Of a DNA stretch of 64,000 nt, positions 39,782 to 50,212 are shown in pieces. The stretch is from an uncultured Acidobacteriota bacterium (GTDB taxonomy: Bacteria; Acidobacteriota; JAQAZP01), in assembly GCA_963836075.1 (NCBI GenBank), contig CAWIIB010000001.1:288001-352000 (forward strand), given 5' to 3'. The position numbers were made by a program, and so were the translations under genes. A model generated the notes under the pieces. The model made no database searches. It had not been told where the DNA came from and was given only the letters and a program-made list of their open reading frames with translations. Position 1 is the first letter of the stretch, and the number at the start of each line of letters is the position of its first letter.

Positions 39782-40573
39782 TCAGGATTGGGGGGTCGTG
39801 GAGGCCCGCAGGGCGGAAATGGCGGACAGCGAGCGGATCTCCCGGCCCAGGTGGTGCCGCAGGCAACTGACCAGGGGCTTTTCAAGGCGCGCATCAAGCT
39901 TCAGCCCGGCGGCGGTGGTCCCGCCGAGCAGTTTGAGCAGCCCGAGACTGGAAAAGAGGCGCAGACGGCCCACCATGTCGCCGTCCAGCCGGTGGCCACC
40001 GGACGCCGTGGACTGGCAGGCCGCGCAGCGGAAGCCCTCTTCGGGATGGAGCCAGACGGTCGTGCCGGGCGGCAGCCGAAGACCGCAGCCGGCACAGCTG
40101 TCGTCCCCGGGGAAGAGACCGGAGAGCCGCAGCAGCCAGAACTCGAAGTAGCGCCGGACGGTGCCCAGCTGGGGCCCGGCGGAACAGGCCTGCTCCAGAC
40201 AGAGCCGCAGCAGGCGGTAGAGACCGTCGTGGGGATCCTGGGATTCGGTGAAACCGTCGGTCAGCTCGAGGAAGTAGGAGTGGAGAAACGAGAGGTCGAT
40301 ACTGGCCGAAACATCGCTGAAATAGGAGCGGACGATGGTGCACTCGTCGATGCGCACCAGCTCTCCCCGGCGGTTGTCGAACCAGTCCAGGGCCACCACG
40401 GTGGCCGGGAGGAAAACCCCGCCGAATCGCCGCACCCGCCCGCCACGGGCGCCGCGGGCCACGGCGCGCAGCTTGCCAGCCGTGCGGGTGAAGAAGACCA
40501 CGATCAGGTCCCGCTCGCGCAATTCATAGGTCCGAAGGACAAGGGCCTCGCTTTTTCCGCTTATCGGAGCCAT
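39782..40573 (-). CDS. recO: DNA repair protein RecO
   Basis: EALVLR...E.D.IVVFFT...GKLRAVARGAR, YFEFWLLRLSG, Zn site CAGC...CAAC. Confidence 0.93.
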   Translation of the reverse strand: MAPISGKSEALVLRTYELRERDLIVVFFTRTAGKLRAVARGARGGRVRRFGGVFLPATVVALDWFDNRRGELVRIDECTIVRSYFSDVSASIDLSFLHSYFLELTDGFTESQDPHDGLYRLLRLCLEQACSAGPQLGTVRRYFEFWLLRLSGLFPGDDSCAGCGLRLPPGTTVWLHPEEGFRCAACQSTASGGHRLDGDMVGRLRLFSSLGLLKLLGGTTAAGLKLDARLEKPLVSCLRHHLGREIRSLSAISALRASTTPQS

Positions 40574-40589
40574 TTTAAGGAACCATTGA

Positions 40590-42000
40590 CTAGCCGGCGA
40601 GGGGCACCACCAGGGGGACAAGGTAGTAGGCCATACCCAGGTAACAGAGCACGCCGAGGATGTCCACCGCGGTGGCCACGAACGGGGTGGCGGCCACGGC
40701 CGGATCGATCCCCGCTTTTTGCAAAGTCATGGGGACGATCGAACCGATGGTGCCGGCGATGATCATCGACGCCGAGAGGGCGATGCCAACCATGAGGCCG
40801 AAGAGCAGCGGACTGCTCAGGGACGGCTCCTGCAGCAGGCCGAGAGAGTAGGCGATGACGCCCAGCAGCAGGCCGTAGGACAGGCCCAGAACCACCGCGA
40901 TCCGGATCTCCTTCACCGCCACCCGGCCCAGCATGGAGAGCTCGATGCGGCCGGTGGCCAGGCCGCGGACGATGATGGTGGACGACTGGTTGCCGATGTT
41001 GCCGCCCATGCCCATGATGATCGGCAGGAAGTAGGTCAGCATGACAAAACTGGAAAGGGTGCCCTCGAACCGGGAGAGGATCGCCGTGGCCACGATGCCG
41101 CCGAAGAAGCTGGCCAGCAGCCAGGGCAGCCGGATCCGTGCACTCTTGAACACCGACTTGGTCAGGATCTCCTCGTCGCTGGTCCCGGCCATCTTGTAGA
41201 AGTCCTCGGTGGCTTCCTCCTTGATCACGTCCACCACGTCGTCGATGGTCACCACGCCCACCAGGCGGTTGTTCTCGTCGGTCACCGGGATGGCCAGCAG
41301 GTTGTACCGCGAGACGATGCGGGCCACCTCCTCCTGGTCGGTGTCGGTGGTGGCGCTGATCAGGTCGGTCTGCATGAACTGCTTCAGCGGCAGCTCGGGG
41401 TTGGAGAGCAGCAGCTGGCGCAGGGAGCAGACGCCGATCAGGTGGTTGCGGTCATCTACCACGTAGAGGTAGAAGATCATCTCCGTTTCCGCCGCGTCGC
41501 GCAGCGAGGAGATGGCGTCCTTGACCAGGGTGTCTTCGTCCAGGGCGAAGAACTCGGTGGTCATGATCCGGCCGGCGGTCTCCTCGTCGGTACTGCAGCA
41601 GGTCCTGGACGTCCTGGGCATCCTCGTCCCGCATCAGTTCCAGGATGCGGGCCGCGGTCTCTTCCTCCATGGCCGCGATATACTCGGTGGCATCGTCCGG
41701 TTCCAGTTCCTGGAGCAGACCGGCCGTATGTTGGTCATTGAAGCTGGACAGCAGTTCGACGCCGATGGTCGGGGGCATCTCGCTGAGCACCTCGGCGGCC
41801 AGTTCCTTATCCCGCTCCACCAGGAGGGTGAAGACGAAATTCTTCTCCGAGGTGTTGAGGTGGTTGAAGAGGTCGAAGATGTCCACCGCGCGCATCTGTC
41901 CCTTGACCAGCATGTTGTGGATGTGGCCGCGGGCCTGACGGCGGATCAGCCGCCGAAGCGAATCGATCATCACTTCGAGTTTGCGTCCCTGCATCGCCAT
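40590..42000 (-). CDS. mgtE: Magnesium transporter MgtE; +1 frameshift at about 41590
   Basis: MgtE_N (LEPDDA), Y.EETAGRIMT, CBS pair, RLPWL, MGGNIGNQS, DPAVA..PFV.T.VD. Confidence 0.94.
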
Positions 42001-42092
42001 ACCTTGCGTGATGGTGCGTTGAATCTGATCCCGGATGCAAATAGTAGCAAAAACAGGAGAGACAAAGCAAAATCGGCGCCCGCGGACCCTGG

Positions 42093-43007
42093 TCAGTCGC
42101 GGTCGATGCCCAGCTCGTTGAGCAGGCGGCCGTCTTCACGCCAACCGGGGCGGACCTTGACAAGCAGCTGCAGGTAGATCCGGACGCCCAGCAGCTGTTC
42201 CATGTCGCGGCGGGCAGCGGTCCCGATCTGTTTCAGCTGTTGTCCGCCCTTGCCGATGACGATGCCCTTCTGGGATTTCCGCTCCACCAGGATCACCGCG
42301 CCGATATGCAGCGTGCCGCCCTCGTTCTCCGGCTCCGCGAAAGTCTCCACCAGCACCGCGGTGACGTAGGGCAGTTCCTCCCGGGTCATGGTGATCACCT
42401 TTTCCCGGATGATTTCGGAGACCAGGCGCCGTTCGGGCTGGTCGGTGTAGATCTCTTCGTCGGGATAGAGTGCTGGGCCCGGCGGCAGGGCCGCCACCGC
42501 GGTCTCCAGCAGCAGCTCTTCGTTTTCGCCGGTGAGCGCGGAGAGCGGGATCACGGCACTGAAGGGGTAGAGCCCGCGGTAGGTGTCGATGAGCGGCAGC
42601 AGGCGCTGTTTCTCCAGCAGGTCGATCTTGTTCAGCACCAGCACCACCGGCGCCTTGCAGCGCTGCTCCAGGGTCTCGATGACGAACTGGTCACCCTTGC
42701 CGTAGGTCGTGGAGGCATCCACCAGCAACAGCACCAGGTCCACGTGTTCCAGGGCGTCCAGGGCCAGGGCCATCATCTGCCGGTTCATGCGGTAGAGCGG
42801 CTTGTGCACCCCGGGGGTGTCGAGGAAGATGATCTGGTGCGGACCGATGTTGCGGATGCCGCGGATCCGGTTGCGGGTGGTCTGCGGTACCGGGGTGACG
42901 ATGGCCACCTTCTCCCCCACCAGCCGGTTGATCAAGGTGGACTTGCCGGAATTGGGCCGTCCCACCAGGCTCACCACACCGCAGCGCGGTTCCTCGCCCC
43001 CGGTCAT
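42093..43007 (-). CDS. era: GTPase Era
   Basis: GRPNSGKST, PQTTR, DTPG, NKID, and the KH motif SQKGIVIGKGG. Confidence 0.97.
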   Translation of the reverse strand: MTGGEEPRCGVVSLVGRPNSGKSTLINRLVGEKVAIVTPVPQTTRNRIRGIRNIGPHQIIFLDTPGVHKPLYRMNRQMMALALDALEHVDLVLLLVDASTTYGKGDQFVIETLEQRCKAPVVLVLNKIDLLEKQRLLPLIDTYRGLYPFSAVIPLSALTGENEELLLETAVAALPPGPALYPDEEIYTDQPERRLVSEIIREKVITMTREELPYVTAVLVETFAEPENEGGTLHIGAVILVERKSQKGIVIGKGGQQLKQIGTAARRDMEQLLGVRIYLQLLVKVRPGWREDGRLLNELGIDRD

Positions 43008-44278
43008 CGGCTCTCCTCCGCCAGCGGCCCGTTGAGCCTCAGCCGGTGGATCCTCCGCTCGTCAGCCTCGACGATTTCGATGGTCACGCCGTGGAAATCA
43101 AAGGTTTCGCCGGCTTCGGGGAAGTGGCCCAGCTGGGCGATGGCCAGGCCGCCCAGCGTATCGTAGTCGCCTTCGGTGTCGGGGAGACCGAACAGGTCGG
43201 TGAACTCGTCCACGTCGAGCATGGCGCCGGCGAGGAAGGAATCGTCGTCCTGACGCACCAGCAGCGGGTCCTCCTCGTCGTACTCGTCCTGGATCTCCCC
43301 CACGATCTCCTCCAGCAGGTCCTCCAGGGTCACCAGGCCGGCGGTGCCGCCATACTCGTCCACCACCACGGCCAGTTGCACCCGGTTCTCCTGAAACTCC
43401 TTGAGCAGCTCGTCGATCTTCTTTGTCTCGGGGACGAAGAGGGGCGGACGCAGCAGGTCGCCCACCGGCTCGTTATCCCGTCCCTCGCGCCAGGCCTCCA
43501 GCAGATCGCGGGCGTAGGCCACGCCGATGATACGGTCCATGGTGTCCTGGTAGACCGGGACCCGCGAGTGTTTCTCTTCACTCACCAGGTCGCGCAGGTC
43601 GGCAATGGTGGTCTCGCTGGAGGTGCAGATCATGTCGGTGCGCGGGGTCATCACCTCGCTGACCTGGGTCTCGCCGAAATCGACGATGCTGCGCAGCAGC
43701 TGGCTATCGTCCTCCTCCAGGATGCCCTCCTCTTCGCCCACGTCGATGAAGGCCTCCACTTCAGCCTCGCTGGGCTGGTCGTCCTCCCCGCCCTCGGCCG
43801 AGAAGTACGCCTGCAGTTTAAGCGGGACCAGGGTCAGGGGCATCAGGGCGAGGTAGAACGGCCGGACAAGGAACAGCGAACCGCGGAAAATCTGGTCGGC
43901 CCGGGCCGAGGCCACGGCCCGGGCCAGCAGGAACTCCACCACGAAGACCATGGCTGCCGAGCCGGCCAGCAGGCCGGCCACCCGGCCGGGGGTGATCTGA
44001 CCACCGGGGCAACCCACAAAGACCAGGGCCAGCAGCAGCAGGAAGAGCAGCTGCCGGGTCAGCCGGAGGGAGAGCTGCACTCGGTAGCCGTCGGCCACCA
44101 TGGCGGCCAGTCGGGGCTGAGCAGCGGCCAGATTTTCCTGCAGCTGTCGCTGCCGGATCCGCCAGCCGGCCCCGGTCCAGGCGGCGCAGATGGTGCTGAA
44201 TACAAGATAGGCCAGCAGGAGCAGCGACAGTCCGATCCACTGCAGCGGGGTGAATTGAATGAACACGCTGTTCACCAT
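43004..44278 (-). CDS. HlyC/CorC (CNNM-CBS) family protein
   Basis: TM region, VMTPRTDM, HSRVPVY, VVDEYGGTAGLVTLEDLLEEIVGEI, CorC C-domain. Confidence 0.94.
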   Translation of the reverse strand: MVNSVFIQFTPLQWIGLSLLLLAYLVFSTICAAWTGAGWRIRQRQLQENLAAAQPRLAAMVADGYRVQLSLRLTRQLLFLLLLALVFVGCPGGQITPGRVAGLLAGSAAMVFVVEFLLARAVASARADQIFRGSLFLVRPFYLALMPLTLVPLKLQAYFSAEGGEDDQPSEAEVEAFIDVGEEEGILEEDDSQLLRSIVDFGETQVSEVMTPRTDMICTSSETTIADLRDLVSEEKHSRVPVYQDTMDRIIGVAYARDLLEAWREGRDNEPVGDLLRPPLFVPETKKIDELLKEFQENRVQLAVVVDEYGGTAGLVTLEDLLEEIVGEIQDEYDEEDPLLVRQDDDSFLAGAMLDVDEFTDLFGLPDTEGDYDTLGGLAIAQLGHFPEAGETFDFHGVTIEIVEADERRIHRLRLNGPLAEESR

Positions 44279-44730
44279 TACGGCTGGCCCTCTACGAGAA
44301 TCTTCCGCAGGCGCGCTTCCTCACGTTCCATCTCCGATTCCTCTCCCCCGCCGTCGTGCTCCGGGTGATCCCGCCCCAGCAGGTGCAGAAACCCGTGGAG
44401 CAGCAGTATCCGCAGCTCGGTCCAGAGCGTGTGTCCTGCCTCTTCCGCCTGCTCCGCGGCCCGGGCGGGGCAAAGCACCAGGTCGCCGAGGTTCTGGATG
44501 CCGTCCGCTCCTGGCTCGCCGCCGAGGCCGAAGGAGAGCACGTCGGTCACCCGGTCGATATCCCGGTAGGTCCGGTTGTATTCCCGGATTCGGGCCTGAT
44601 CCACGAAAGCCACGCTCACCTCGTCGGCCGCGCAGTCCAGCTCCCGGGCCACCCGGCCGACATAATCGGCCGTGGCGTCACAATCCACCGGGTGATCGGA
44701 CTGCAGGTCGGTAACCGTCACCTCGATCAT
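44278..44730 (-). CDS. ybeY: rRNA maturation RNase YbeY
   Basis: TDVLSF, LGDLV, HGFLHLLGRDH. Confidence 0.95.
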   Translation of the reverse strand: MIEVTVTDLQSDHPVDCDATADYVGRVARELDCAADEVSVAFVDQARIREYNRTYRDIDRVTDVLSFGLGGEPGADGIQNLGDLVLCPARAAEQAEEAGHTLWTELRILLLHGFLHLLGRDHPEHDGGGEESEMEREEARLRKILVEGQP

Positions 44731-47192
44731 GGCAGGTGCTTCCCTCCGGCGGTGCGCTGTTCGGCACCCGCCGCCGCTTCGCCGTTCCTGTTGCTCATCG
44801 GTTGAAAATTGAACCCCGGATAGTCGAGGCGCTGGTGGAAGATCCCGCCCAGGATGCGGAGGAACTGTCCGGAGATGGTCTCCAGATCCTTGAGCGTGAG
44901 GTTGCAGCTGTCCAGCTGGCCGTCCAGGGCGATGGTGCTGACGATTTTCTGCACCAGCCCCTTCAGACGGCTGGGGGACGGGTCGGTGAGCGTCCGGGAA
45001 GAGGCTTCCACCGCGTCGGCCAGCATGATCACGGCGGCTTCGTTGGACAGCGGCTTGGGACCGGGATAGCGGAAGTTCATCTCGTTGACCGCCTGGTCCT
45101 CTTCGCCGGCCTGTTCCTTGGCCTTGTTGAAAAAGAAGGTCATCAGCCGCGTCCCATGGTGCTGGGGGATGATGTCGATGATCGCCGGGACGATATTGTG
45201 CCGCGCCGCGATCTCCATGCCCTCCTTGACGTGGGCCACCAGGATCAGGGCGCTCATCCGCGGCGCCAGCCGGTCGTGTTTGTTCTCGGCGCTGCCGATG
45301 TTCTCGATGTAGTACTCCGGCTTGAGCATCTTGCCCACGTCGTGGTAGTAGGAGGCCACCCTGACAAAGAGGGCGTTGGCTCCGATGGCTTTGGCCGCCG
45401 CTTCGGCCAGGTGCCCGACGATCACGCTGTGGTGGTAGGTGCCAGGGGCGCGCAGGGCCAGCTCGCGCAGCAGCGGCGAGTCGAGGTTGGAGAGCTCCAG
45501 CAGCCGGAAGTCGGTCACCAGGTGGAACAGCGTCTCGAACAGCGGCAGGAAGACAAAAACCAGCAGGATGGCCAGGGCCCCGCCGGCAAAGGCACAGGCC
45601 ATCTCGAAAGGCAGCTGGAGGGAGAAGGTGAAATCGGGCTGCAGCATGGACAGCGTGCCCACCAGCAGCGCGTTGACCAGGCCCAGCACCAGCCCCGAGC
45701 GTATCAGCGCCGTGCGGCTGGTGTAGGCGATAGGCCCGTAGATGGCCATGAAATTACCGGCCAGCGAGAAAGCGGCCAGCGGAAAACTGCCGTCCAGCAG
45801 CAGCGCGGCCAGCAGGCTGTAGGCCACGGCAAACATCAGCGCCAGATTGCGGTTGGTGATCAGGCTGAGCAGCAGACCACCGAAGCTGAAGGGAATCATG
45901 TAGTAGTAGGATGAGAGGTTGTTGTATGGAAAACGGCTCAGACTCCCCCCCACGGCGTCGAAGATGAACAGGCTGAGTCCGGTGAGGGCCAGGGAGAGGG
46001 TGAGGACCATGAAGAGCAGGGAGTCGAGGTTGCGGAACTGGCTGAAGGCCTGGCGGTGGCTCTCCATGAAACGGAGCAGCGCGGCGAGGATCATCACCAG
46101 GATGAACGAGATCCCCAGCAGGTTCAGACCGCCCCACTGGAACTTCTGGACCTGGCGCATGGCCTCCAGCTGTTCCAGGACCCGCTCGGTGATCAGGTCG
46201 CCCTCGCGGACGATAATCTTGTTCCGCGGGATGTTGTAGGTCACTTCCGGTATGGCCGCCGCGGCCATTTCCTGCCGTGCCCGGGTTTCATTGCGGTTGT
46301 AGGTCAGCGGCGCCGGCAGTGTCTCGGCCAGAAAGTGCAGCAGGGTGTCCAGGTCCGAGGCCTGGAAACCGTCCAGCCGCTGCCCCACCGACACCAGCCG
46401 GCTGCGCAGGTTGGCCCGGTCGCCGATGGCGTTGATGTCCCCATAGAGCACTTCCCCCCCGGTGAACACATCGATGGCGGTGAGCCCCCGCTCCCCTCCA
46501 CGGCGGCGCAGTGTTTCCCGGTCCTCCACAAAGGGGACGGCCAGCCCGAACGCCCCGGCCTGCTGCGCGGCATCCAGCAGACGCTGGTCGAAATCGTACT
46601 GGTAGAAGAGGGTCAGCGTGGTGTCGCCCAGGGAGAACGGCGACATCTCGTCGAGAATGTTGAGCAGTTCGGCAGTCAGCGGGATTTTTCCGCTGGCTGC
46701 GGAGTCCGGGTCGCCGAGGTCAGCGAGCGGCTCAGCCGGGGTGCCGGGAACGGTGATGGTCAACGGGTCGGAGGTGACCCCGCGGGCCGACTGCAGGAAG
46801 TCATCCAGCCGGGCCAGGTAGCCGTCCAGGGCCCGGCTGTCCAGGTCGTAGACCGGCTGCACTTCACGACGCGCTTCGTCACGGCGCTCGTCGGTGATGC
46901 CGGGGTCGGGAACGGCGAAGGCCACCGGCGCCCGCACGTCCTCCCGGGCCACCTGCCCCACCTGGTATTCCGGGTAGTTGGGCCGGTAATGCAGGTAGAA
47001 CAGCCCCAGGCTGCCGATGAGAAAAACCATCATCCAGATGGGGCCCAGGGCCACGCCCCGCTGGACCAGCCGCTGCACGGAATTCCGCAGGCGTCCGGCC
47101 AGAGTCCGGGGTTTGAGGGTCCGGGAGCGTTCCGCCGGCCGCGTCTTCTTCTCCGACCCGCCGCCCTGGTTTTTTCGTTTCTTTTCGGCCAT
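44727..47192 (-). CDS. 7TM-HD phosphohydrolase (PgpH-like)
   Basis: Large extracytoplasmic domain, TM block, APGTYHHS, YHDVGK, HVKEG, HHGT, FRYPGPKP, MLADAVEA. Confidence 0.92.
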   Translation of the reverse strand: MAEKKRKNQGGGSEKKTRPAERSRTLKPRTLAGRLRNSVQRLVQRGVALGPIWMMVFLIGSLGLFYLHYRPNYPEYQVGQVAREDVRAPVAFAVPDPGITDERRDEARREVQPVYDLDSRALDGYLARLDDFLQSARGVTSDPLTITVPGTPAEPLADLGDPDSAASGKIPLTAELLNILDEMSPFSLGDTTLTLFYQYDFDQRLLDAAQQAGAFGLAVPFVEDRETLRRRGGERGLTAIDVFTGGEVLYGDINAIGDRANLRSRLVSVGQRLDGFQASDLDTLLHFLAETLPAPLTYNRNETRARQEMAAAAIPEVTYNIPRNKIIVREGDLITERVLEQLEAMRQVQKFQWGGLNLLGISFILVMILAALLRFMESHRQAFSQFRNLDSLLFMVLTLSLALTGLSLFIFDAVGGSLSRFPYNNLSSYYYMIPFSFGGLLLSLITNRNLALMFAVAYSLLAALLLDGSFPLAAFSLAGNFMAIYGPIAYTSRTALIRSGLVLGLVNALLVGTLSMLQPDFTFSLQLPFEMACAFAGGALAILLVFVFLPLFETLFHLVTDFRLLELSNLDSPLLRELALRAPGTYHHSVIVGHLAEAAAKAIGANALFVRVASYYHDVGKMLKPEYYIENIGSAENKHDRLAPRMSALILVAHVKEGMEIAARHNIVPAIIDIIPQHHGTRLMTFFFNKAKEQAGEEDQAVNEMNFRYPGPKPLSNEAAVIMLADAVEASSRTLTDPSPSRLKGLVQKIVSTIALDGQLDSCNLTLKDLETISGQFLRILGGIFHQRLDYPGFNFQPMSNRNGEAAAGAEQRTAGGKHLP

Positions 47193-47200
47193 GGTTCAGA

Positions 47201-48256
47201 TCACCCGTCATCTCCGGAATGTTCCTCCCGGGGCGGCCTGTTGTGGGCCGGTCGGGCGCGTCGACGCCGGTCATGGAGGCTCGAACGGGGTTTGCGTCCT
47301 GCCGGGGGCGAGGCTTGATTGATCCCCGCTTCGTAGGCCAGAATAATCTTTTGCACCAGCGTGTGACGCACCACGTCCGATTCATCGAAATGGACGAAAC
47401 CGATACCCTCGATCCCCCCCATCAGGTCCCGGGCCTCCACCAGACCGGACCGCTTGCCCCGGGGCAGGTCAACCTGGGTGATGTCGCCGGTGATCACCGC
47501 CTTGGAACTGAAACCCAGGCGGGTGAGAAACATCTTCATCTGTTCGCTGGTGGTGTTCTGCGCCTCGTCGAGGATCAGGAAACTGTCATTGAGCGTCCGG
47601 CCGCGCATGTAGGCCAGCGGCGCAATCTCGATCACCCCGCGGTCCAGCAGCCGGTGGGCCCGTTCGTTCTCCATCAGGTCGTTCAGCGCATCGTACAGCG
47701 GACGGAGGTAGGGATCGATCTTTTCCGAGAGCGTACCCGGCAGATAGCCCAGCCGCTCCCCGGCTTCCACCGCCGGGCGGGTGAGCACGATGCGCGACAC
47801 CTCGTTGCCGTTGAGATGGGCCACGGCCATGGCCATGGCCAGGTATGTCTTGCCGGTGCCGGCGGGGCCGATGCCAAAGACCATGTCGTTGGAGCGGATC
47901 GACTCCAGGTAGCGTTTCTGATTGGGACTCTTGGGGTGAACGATTTTTTTCATTGAAGGCTGGAGCGGGGACTCCACCAGCATCTGGCGCAGGGAGGCAT
48001 CAGGGTCCCGCTGCAGCAGTTGGACGCTGGTCTCGAAATCCGCCCGCTTCAGCGGGTAGCCTTCCTGTACCAGGGCGGACAGCTGCCGCAGCAAGCTCTC
48101 CACCCGGGCCACCTGTCCGGCCTCTCCCTCAAGGAAGATATTGGGACCCCTGGCGGAGATGGACACCCGAAAGGCCTCTTCGATCTGCTTGAGGTTGCGA
48201 TCGAAGCTGCCGAACAGGGTGGCGATACCTTCTTCGGAAACCAGTAATTTTTCCAT
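47201..48256 (-). CDS. phoH: PhoH-family ATPase
   Basis: [42 protein letters not shown]. Confidence 0.96.
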   Translation of the reverse strand: MEKLLVSEEGIATLFGSFDRNLKQIEEAFRVSISARGPNIFLEGEAGQVARVESLLRQLSALVQEGYPLKRADFETSVQLLQRDPDASLRQMLVESPLQPSMKKIVHPKSPNQKRYLESIRSNDMVFGIGPAGTGKTYLAMAMAVAHLNGNEVSRIVLTRPAVEAGERLGYLPGTLSEKIDPYLRPLYDALNDLMENERAHRLLDRGVIEIAPLAYMRGRTLNDSFLILDEAQNTTSEQMKMFLTRLGFSSKAVITGDITQVDLPRGKRSGLVEARDLMGGIEGIGFVHFDESDVVRHTLVQKIILAYEAGINQASPPAGRKPRSSLHDRRRRARPAHNRPPREEHSGDDG

Positions 48257-48305
48257 GCGCGCTTCTGTTGGCGGCGCCGTTGCGAACCGCTACGTCCCGA
48301 AAAGT

Positions 48306-48334
48306 ACAGTAACAGGCACTGTCGACCGAGTCAA
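48306..48334 (-). promoter_or_regulatory. Sigma70-type promoter of the phoH cluster
   Basis: TTGACT, 17 nt, TACTGT, with an extended -10 TGn. Confidence 0.55.
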
Positions 48335-48347
48335 CGGAGCGCTCCGC

Positions 48348-50192
48348 TCACCCTTTCGTGCTGCCTCCCCCCCCGTCCAGGCCAAGCTCGGCCAGTTGCC
48401 CGCGGTTGGCCCCCGCCGGAGCCCCGGTGAGCGGGCAGATCCCGCTGGTGGTTTTGGGGAACGGGATCACCTCACGGATGGACGATTCTCCGGCCAGCAC
48501 CATCACCAGGCGGTCCAGGCCCAGGGCGATACCCCCGTGGGGCGGGGCCCCGTATTTGAGAGCGTCGAGCAGGAAGCCGAATTTTTCCTGTGCTTCAGCT
48601 TCGCCGATGCCCAGCAGGTTGAATACCCGCTGCTGGACGTCGGGGCGGTGGATCCTTATCGAACCGCCGCCGATCTCCAGACCGTTGACCACAATATCGT
48701 AGGCCATGGAACGCACGGCAAGCGGGTCTGACTCGAGCAGGGACATGTCTTCAGGCATGGGTGCGGTAAAGGGATGGTGCACCGCCACGCAGCGCTGTTC
48801 CTCATCGTCGTAGTCGAAGAGCGGGAACTCGGTGACCCAGAGAAAGGCGAAGCTGTCCGTATCGATCAACCCGCGCTCCTCGGCCACGGTCAGGCGCAGT
48901 TCGCCCAGCACCCGCTGGGCCACGGGCCGGCGGTCGGCCACCAGCAGCAGCAGGTCGCCTTCAGCGGAGCCGCAGGCCCGGGCCAGGGCCCCGGCGCCCT
49001 CCTCGCCGATGAACTTGAGCACCGGCGAGGCATACTGCCCACCCTCGGCGATTTTGAGCCAGATCAGTCCACCGGCACCCGATTTCTTCGCCTGGTCGGT
49101 GAGACGGTCCAGTTTGCTCCGGGAGAGGTCGGCGCCGCCGGGGACCGGCAGGGCAACCACGGCCCCACCGCCGGAAACGGTGTCGCGGAACAGACGGAAG
49201 TCAGAACCGCAAACCGTGTCGGAGACGTCCACCAGCTGCAGCGGGTTGCGCAGGTCGGGCCGATCGGTGCCGTAACGTTCCATGGCCTCGCGGTAGGTCA
49301 GCCGCAGCAACGGGGCGTGCGGATCGACATCCACCAGCCGGAACAGCACGTCGAGCAACTCCTCCACCGTGGTGATCACCTCATCGGGGGTCACGAATGA
49401 CATCTCCATATCCAGCTGGGTGAACTCCGGCTGCCGGTCCGCACGGAAATCCTCGTCCCGGAAACACTTGACCACCTGGTAGTAGCGGTCGAGGCCGGCC
49501 ACCATCAGCAGCTGCTTGAACAGCTGTGGAGACTGCGGCAGGGCATAGAACCGCCCGTCGTGCAGTCGCGAGGGAACGAGGAAGTCCCGCGCCCCCTCGG
49601 GGGTGGCCTTGGTCAGGGTGGGGGTCTCCACCTCCACAAAGCCCTTTTCCCGCAGGCGCTGCCGGATGGTGTGGGAGACCTCGTCCCGCAGCAGCAGGTT
49701 GCCCAGCATCCGCTTGCGCCGGAGGTCGATGTAGCGGTAGCGCATGCGCAGTTCGTCAGACTCGTCCTCCTCCTTGGTCACCAGAATGGGCGGCGGCAGG
49801 GAGACGTTGAGCACAGCCAGCTGGTGCACCTGAACCTCCACTTTGCCGGTGGCCATGTCGGGGTTGGCCATGCCCTCGGCCCGGGCGGCCACCACGCCGC
49901 CCACCGCCACCACGAATTCCGGCCGCAGCTGCCGGGCCCGGGCGTAGAGGTCAGGGTCGCCTTCGCGGTCGAAGACCACCTGAACGATGCCGCTGCGATC
50001 ACGGAGGTCGATAAAAATCAGCGAACCGAGGTCCCGGCGGCGGGCCACCCAGCCCATCAGCTGAACCGCCGCTCCCATGGTCTTCTCGCCCAGCTCACCG
50101 CAGTGGTGGGAGCGCCGCAGATCGCCCAGGTCCTGGATGGCGATATCCTCGTGCACCTTGTCCTTGGCCGCGTCTTCACCCATGTTCCTCAT
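48348..50192 (-). CDS. aspS: Aspartate--tRNA ligase
   Basis: FIDLRDRSG, TPEGARDFLVPSR, ALPQSPQ, FRDEDFRADRQPEFTQ, GAPPHGGIALGLDR. Confidence 0.98.
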   Translation of the reverse strand: MRNMGEDAAKDKVHEDIAIQDLGDLRRSHHCGELGEKTMGAAVQLMGWVARRRDLGSLIFIDLRDRSGIVQVVFDREGDPDLYARARQLRPEFVVAVGGVVAARAEGMANPDMATGKVEVQVHQLAVLNVSLPPPILVTKEEDESDELRMRYRYIDLRRKRMLGNLLLRDEVSHTIRQRLREKGFVEVETPTLTKATPEGARDFLVPSRLHDGRFYALPQSPQLFKQLLMVAGLDRYYQVVKCFRDEDFRADRQPEFTQLDMEMSFVTPDEVITTVEELLDVLFRLVDVDPHAPLLRLTYREAMERYGTDRPDLRNPLQLVDVSDTVCGSDFRLFRDTVSGGGAVVALPVPGGADLSRSKLDRLTDQAKKSGAGGLIWLKIAEGGQYASPVLKFIGEEGAGALARACGSAEGDLLLLVADRRPVAQRVLGELRLTVAEERGLIDTDSFAFLWVTEFPLFDYDDEEQRCVAVHHPFTAPMPEDMSLLESDPLAVRSMAYDIVVNGLEIGGGSIRIHRPDVQQRVFNLLGIGEAEAQEKFGFLLDALKYGAPPHGGIALGLDRLVMVLAGESSIREVIPFPKTTSGICPLTGAPAGANRGQLAELGLDGGGGSTKG

Positions 50193-50212
50193 TCCTTACA
50201 CGGGGGCGGATC

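Noticed and set aside
36913-42000. ppdK and mgtE (also rpsA and rluB) as pseudogenes or programmed frameshifts
   Set aside because: Motifs and codon bias are intact on both sides, no in-frame decay or slippery heptamers were seen, and single-base fixes restore full proteins. Consensus error is more parsimonious.
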